Positions 60,934-64,000 of a stretch of DNA of 64,000 bases are shown piece after piece. Below the pieces are notes generated by a model that saw only the letters and a list, made by a program, of their open reading frames with translations, made no database searches and was not told the DNA's origin. The position numbers were made by a program, and so were the translations under genes. Source of the stretch: an uncultured Eubacteriales bacterium (lineage in GTDB: Bacteria; Bacillota; Clostridia; Oscillospirales; CAG-272); NCBI GenBank assembly GCA_934432675.1, contig CAKRYT010000004.1, forward strand, positions 19,570 to 83,569, in the 5' to 3' direction. Numbering within the stretch: the first letter of the stretch is position 1; every line of letters starts with the position of its first letter.

Positions 60934-62724
60934 ATGAAAATCACAGACGACATTGTCTACGCCGGCGTCAACGATCACGGAATTGATCTGTTTGAGGGGC
61001 AGTACCGGGTGCCGAACGGGATGGCGTATAATTCTTATGTGATCCTTGACGAAAAAACAGCCGTAATGGATACGGTAGACAAGAATTTTACGCACGAGTG
61101 GCTGGATCATCTTGCGGCGGCACTTGACGGCAGAGATCCGGACTATCTGATCGTGCAGCATATGGAGCCGGATCACAGTGCCAATATCGTCCATTTCCTG
61201 CAAACCTATCCGAGGGCGATCATCGTCTCCTCCGACAAGGCATTCAAGATGATGAAAAACTTTTTCGGGACGGAATTTGAGGGCAGGCGGATCGTCGTCG
61301 GGGAAAATAGCACGCTATCGCTCGGGAAGCACACATTGACGTTTCTCACTGCCCCCATGGTTCATTGGCCGGAGGTGATCGTCACATACGATAGCCTTGA
61401 CAAGGTGCTGTTTTCGGCAGACGGATTCGGTAAATTCGGCGCGCTGGACGTCGAGGAGGACTGGGCGGACGAGGCGCGGAGGTACTATTTCGGGATCGTC
61501 GGAAAGTACGGCGCACAGGTACAGGCACTCCTGAAAAAAGCGGCCGGGCTGGATATTCGGACGATCTGCCCGCTACATGGTCCGGCACTGGCGGAAAACC
61601 TCGGCTACTATCTCGGTCTGTACCAAACATGGTCCGCCTACGCAGTGGAAAGCGAGGGGATCACCGTCGCATACACCTCCGTGTACGGAAACACCAGAAA
61701 AGCCGTGGAGATACTGGTCGAGCAGCTGAAAGCGAACGGATGCCCGCAGGTTGCCGTCACCGACCTTGCCCGCGGGGATATGGCGAAAGCGGTGGAGGAC
61801 GCCTTCCGCTACGGAAAAATCGTTCTTGCCACTACCACCTATAACGCCGATATATTCCCGTTCATGAAGGAGTTTATCCATCACCTGACCGAACGCGGCT
61901 TTAAGAACAGGACGGTCGCCCTGATCGAAAACGGTTCATGGGCACCGCAAGCGGCAAAAACCATGCGGGCGATGCTGGACGGGTGCAAGAACCTGACTTT
62001 TACCGACACGACCGTCAGGATCCTTTCCGCGGTGAATGACGAAAGCAGTGCCCAGATTGATGCGCTGGCAAAGGAGCTGACCCGGGACTACACAGCGCAA
62101 AACGGAGAAACGGCAAACAAAAACGATATGACCGCGCTTTTCAGAATCGGTTACGGGCTGTATGTCGTGACCTCAAATGACGGCAAAAAAGATAACGGTC
62201 TGATTGTCAATACGGTAACACAGGTCACGGATGCTCCGAACCGGATCGCCGTCTGCATCAACAAGCAGAATTATTCGCACCACGTCATTCGGCATACCGG
62301 CATCATGAATGTCAACTGTCTGTCGGTGGACGCACCATTCTCGGTGTTTGAGTCTTTCGGCTTCAGAAGCGGGAGAAACACGGACAAATTCGCCGATTGC
62401 AAGACGCTCCGCTCGGACAACGGGCTTGTCTTCCTTTCACAGTATATCAATGCGATGATGTCGCTGAAGGTGGAACAATATGTCGATCTCGACACACATG
62501 GAATGTTCCTCTGCTCTGTGACGGAAGCTCGTGTGATTTCCGACAGGGAAACGATGACCTACTCGTACTACCAGGAGAACGTGAAACCGAAGCCCGTAAC
62601 AGACGGCAAAAAAGGATATGTCTGCAAGGTATGCGGCTATGTTTACGAGGCGGATGAGCTGCCGGACGATTTTGTATGTCCGCTTTGTAAGCACGGGGCG
62701 GCAGACTTCGAGCCGATACAGTGA
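60934..62724 (+). CDS. Flavodiiron protein (FprA core) fused to a flavin-reductase-like domain and a C-terminal rubredoxin (596 aa)
   Basis: Metallo-beta-lactamase-like domain with the di-iron motif HMEPDH (61159-61176).
Flavodoxin-like domain ITVAYTSVYGNTRKAVE...TTTYNADIFP.
Flavin-reductase-like segment LFRIGYGLYVVTSNDGKKDNGLIVNTVTQVTDAPNRIAVCINK.
Rubredoxin YVCKVCGYVYEADELPDDFVCPLCKHGAADFEPI.
RBS GAAAGGAG before ATG 60934. Confidence 0.9.
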   Translation: MKITDDIVYAGVNDHGIDLFEGQYRVPNGMAYNSYVILDEKTAVMDTVDKNFTHEWLDHLAAALDGRDPDYLIVQHMEPDHSANIVHFLQTYPRAIIVSSDKAFKMMKNFFGTEFEGRRIVVGENSTLSLGKHTLTFLTAPMVHWPEVIVTYDSLDKVLFSADGFGKFGALDVEEDWADEARRYYFGIVGKYGAQVQALLKKAAGLDIRTICPLHGPALAENLGYYLGLYQTWSAYAVESEGITVAYTSVYGNTRKAVEILVEQLKANGCPQVAVTDLARGDMAKAVEDAFRYGKIVLATTTYNADIFPFMKEFIHHLTERGFKNRTVALIENGSWAPQAAKTMRAMLDGCKNLTFTDTTVRILSAVNDESSAQIDALAKELTRDYTAQNGETANKNDMTALFRIGYGLYVVTSNDGKKDNGLIVNTVTQVTDAPNRIAVCINKQNYSHHVIRHTGIMNVNCLSVDAPFSVFESFGFRSGRNTDKFADCKTLRSDNGLVFLSQYINAMMSLKVEQYVDLDTHGMFLCSVTEARVISDRETMTYSYYQENVKPKPVTDGKKGYVCKVCGYVYEADELPDDFVCPLCKHGAADFEPIQ

Positions 62725-62831
62725 CAGCACCTTGAAAAGGACTGTCGGCACCCCCGCGCAAGGCGGATCTCATCCGACCGAGCGACAAAAATTTTACGGA
62801 ACGGAGAGAAGCAACGGCTTCAAATGACCCT

Positions 62832-63569
62832 ATGACAACAGCAATATCGTGGCTTTATCTCGGATACTTTGTGATTCTGTCGGCGGAAAGAATACAGAGT
62901 CTCTTCCGCACCGGCAGCGGGCATCTCTTTTCCTCCGGATTCGGAATCTATGTAAATCTATTGACTATGCTGTCCCTTTTGGCTTCCGTTGTCCTGCTCG
63001 CGGCACGGAACGGACGCTTTTGGAGGAGCCTTTTTGACCGTACGGTCACGCCGGACTATTCCGTACTGTCTGTCACCGCAGGCGTGCTCCTTATTTCGGG
63101 CATGGTACACACGGAATATACGATCGCGCCCGTCCAGTTTATCGCCTACGGCATGATCATCGCGGCGATGATTCTGCGTACCATACAAACCACCAGGGAC
63201 GTGAGAGCGGTGTTCCCGTGGTGGTATTCCCTGCTCTTTCTCACGGCGTTTTCCATGGCGATCCCGGTCGTATATCCGTCCGAAATGGATCATGCCGCCC
63301 GGTTCTATATCATAGAGGCGGCGGTTTCACTGGTGCTGGTTGTCTCTTTCACTCTGCTCCTCCGACGGGTGATGACAGGCAACGGTGCGGATCTGCTGCA
63401 GTGGTTCCCGATGCTGGTCGCCGCTTTCGGGAATGCCGTTATCCTCGCCATGCAATGGAAAGAAAAAGTCAATCTGTTCGTTCTTGTCTTTACGGCACTT
63501 TCGGCTTTCCTTTTTGCGGTCGGTAAAATCATTTTCGGCATCCGAAAGAAAGGAGGAAATGCGTCATGA
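62832..63569 (+). CDS. Polytopic membrane protein of unknown function (245 aa)
   Basis: At least 6 hydrophobic helices, for example [74 protein letters not shown] and [18 protein letters not shown]. The stop overlaps the rubredoxin start (ATGA). No clear RBS, so the start is uncertain. Confidence 0.6.
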   Translation: MTTAISWLYLGYFVILSAERIQSLFRTGSGHLFSSGFGIYVNLLTMLSLLASVVLLAARNGRFWRSLFDRTVTPDYSVLSVTAGVLLISGMVHTEYTIAPVQFIAYGMIIAAMILRTIQTTRDVRAVFPWWYSLLFLTAFSMAIPVVYPSEMDHAARFYIIEAAVSLVLVVSFTLLLRRVMTGNGADLLQWFPMLVAAFGNAVILAMQWKEKVNLFVLVFTALSAFLFAVGKIIFGIRKKGGNAS

Positions 63570-63724
63570 AATATGTGTGTGATGCCTGCGGATGGGAATA
63601 CGACGAGGCGGCGGGCGACCCCGAGAACGGAATTGCCCCCGGCACGAAGTTTGAAGATCTGCCCGATGATTTCACCTGCCCCTTGTGCGGGGTCGGAAAA
63701 GAAATGTTTTCGGCTGCGAAATAA
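63566..63724 (+). CDS. Rubredoxin (52 aa; below the ORF-track length cut-off)
   Basis: Manual translation: [52 protein letters not shown]. It has both CxxCG knuckles and the conserved W/Y/F core. AGGAGG at 63551-63556 lies 9 nt upstream, and TAA is at 63722-63724. Confidence 0.92.
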   Translation: MKYVCDACGWEYDEAAGDPENGIAPGTKFEDLPDDFTCPLCGVGKEMFSAAK

Positions 63725-63812
63725 ACCCGCCGGCGACGTTCCCGCGGCAACAGTCTCATCGAGGAGGAGCCTGAAAATCCGGCTCCTCCTCATGCATATT
63801 GCCCATAATACA

Positions 63813-63840
63813 AAAAAGGACGTCGCCTGACGTCCTTTTT
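63813..63840. terminator. Bidirectional hairpin terminator between the rubredoxin gene and the convergent last gene
   Basis: AAAAAGGACGTC-gcct-GACGTCCTTTTT has a perfect 12-nt arm pair that includes A- and T-tracts on both sides. Confidence 0.85.
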
Positions 63841-63845
63841 GCTGT

Positions 63846-64000
63846 TTATTTCCCGAACTCCACAAGCTCCGTGCCCGGGTTCTGCTCCAGAAACCAGCCG
63901 ATCATATACTCGCTCTGGAACAGCACGAAGTTGTTGCCCCGCACGTCCTGTACCCACTTGTTGTCGAAGAACTTGATATTCTTCGGGTCGGCCGGGGCGA
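63846..64000 (-). CDS. C-terminal fragment of an unidentified protein (gene continues beyond the window)
   Basis: The minus-strand frame is open from the window edge to TAA (63846-63848). Manual translation: ...APADPKNIKFFDNKWVQDVRGNNFVLFQSEYMIGWFLEQNPGTELVEFGK*. The composition is protein-like, a terminator follows immediately, and I recognise no family. Confidence 0.5.
   Translation of the reverse strand, partial: APADPKNIKFFDNKWVQDVRGNNFVLFQSEYMIGWFLEQNPGTELVEFGK

Noticed and set aside
7397-60934. Longer N-terminal extensions offered by the ORF track for eleven genes, with track starts at 2985, 5932, 7397, 11255, 23302, 42882, 53095, 55106, 59764, 60483 and 60853.
   Set aside because: In each case an internal ATG is preceded by a GGAG-type RBS at proper spacing. 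That ATG begins a canonical N-terminus (signal peptide plus lipobox, permease N-terminus, GxGxxG and so on). The upstream extension overlaps the previous gene or a promoter and translates to implausible sequence.
1-64000. CRISPR arrays, tRNA/rRNA genes, IS elements, integrases and prophage modules.
   Set aside because: I found no regularly spaced direct repeats with unique spacers. All tandem repeats seen are short (12-15 nt units) or are coding LRR periodicity. I saw no cloverleaf-like or rRNA-like segments, and no transposase, recombinase or phage structural motifs in any frame I inspected.

Overview
The window looks like a chromosomal segment from a high-GC (about 60% by eye) Gram-positive anaerobe of the Clostridia type. 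This is inferred from lipobox lipoproteins, GGAGG ribosome-binding sites, sigma-A promoters with 17-nt spacers and TGn extended -10 boxes, and the NifS/NifU, FprA/rubredoxin and LuxS genes. I call about 45 protein-coding genes. I see no rRNA, tRNA, CRISPR array, transposase or integrase.

Left flank (1-7.2 kb), housekeeping: Hly-III fragment, Rrf2 regulator, cysE, nifS, nifU, SDR oxidoreductase, AraC regulator, DUF3793 protein and flavodoxin.

Right flank (54.1-64 kb): GNAT acetyltransferase; an FAD protein-luxS-mtnN operon; YgjP-like metallopeptidase; HAD phosphatase; a small AT-rich islet (XRE regulator plus Zn-motif lipoprotein); and a Fur/PerR-controlled oxidative-stress operon (flavodiiron-flavin reductase-rubredoxin fusion, membrane protein, and a 52-aa rubredoxin that is absent from the ORF track).

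Centre (7.4-53.1 kb): an accessory cell-surface region. About 30 kb of it, nearly half the window, encodes seven secreted or membrane-anchored proteins built from Listeria-Bacteroides (Flg_new) repeats and BspA-type leucine-rich repeats. It has three parts:
- A plus-strand operon: GLUG lipoprotein, a five-component Opp/Dpp-like ABC importer, a 2,347-aa S8 protease-LRR chimera and an LRR lipoprotein.
- A convergent minus-strand operon. A MoxR AAA+ ATPase, a DUF58 protein and two membrane vWA proteins (a Bat-like module) are translationally coupled to a Flg_new membrane protein with a (DG)9 tract, an LRR lipoprotein and a 1,713-aa lipoprotein that is mostly without recognisable domains.
- A monocistronic 3,222-aa LRR lipoprotein gene.

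The MoxR/vWA-adhesin operon is my best candidate for an undescribed system.

All domain calls come from motif recognition by eye, with no searches run. Many long antisense ORFs in the track are GC-driven artefacts and were rejected.
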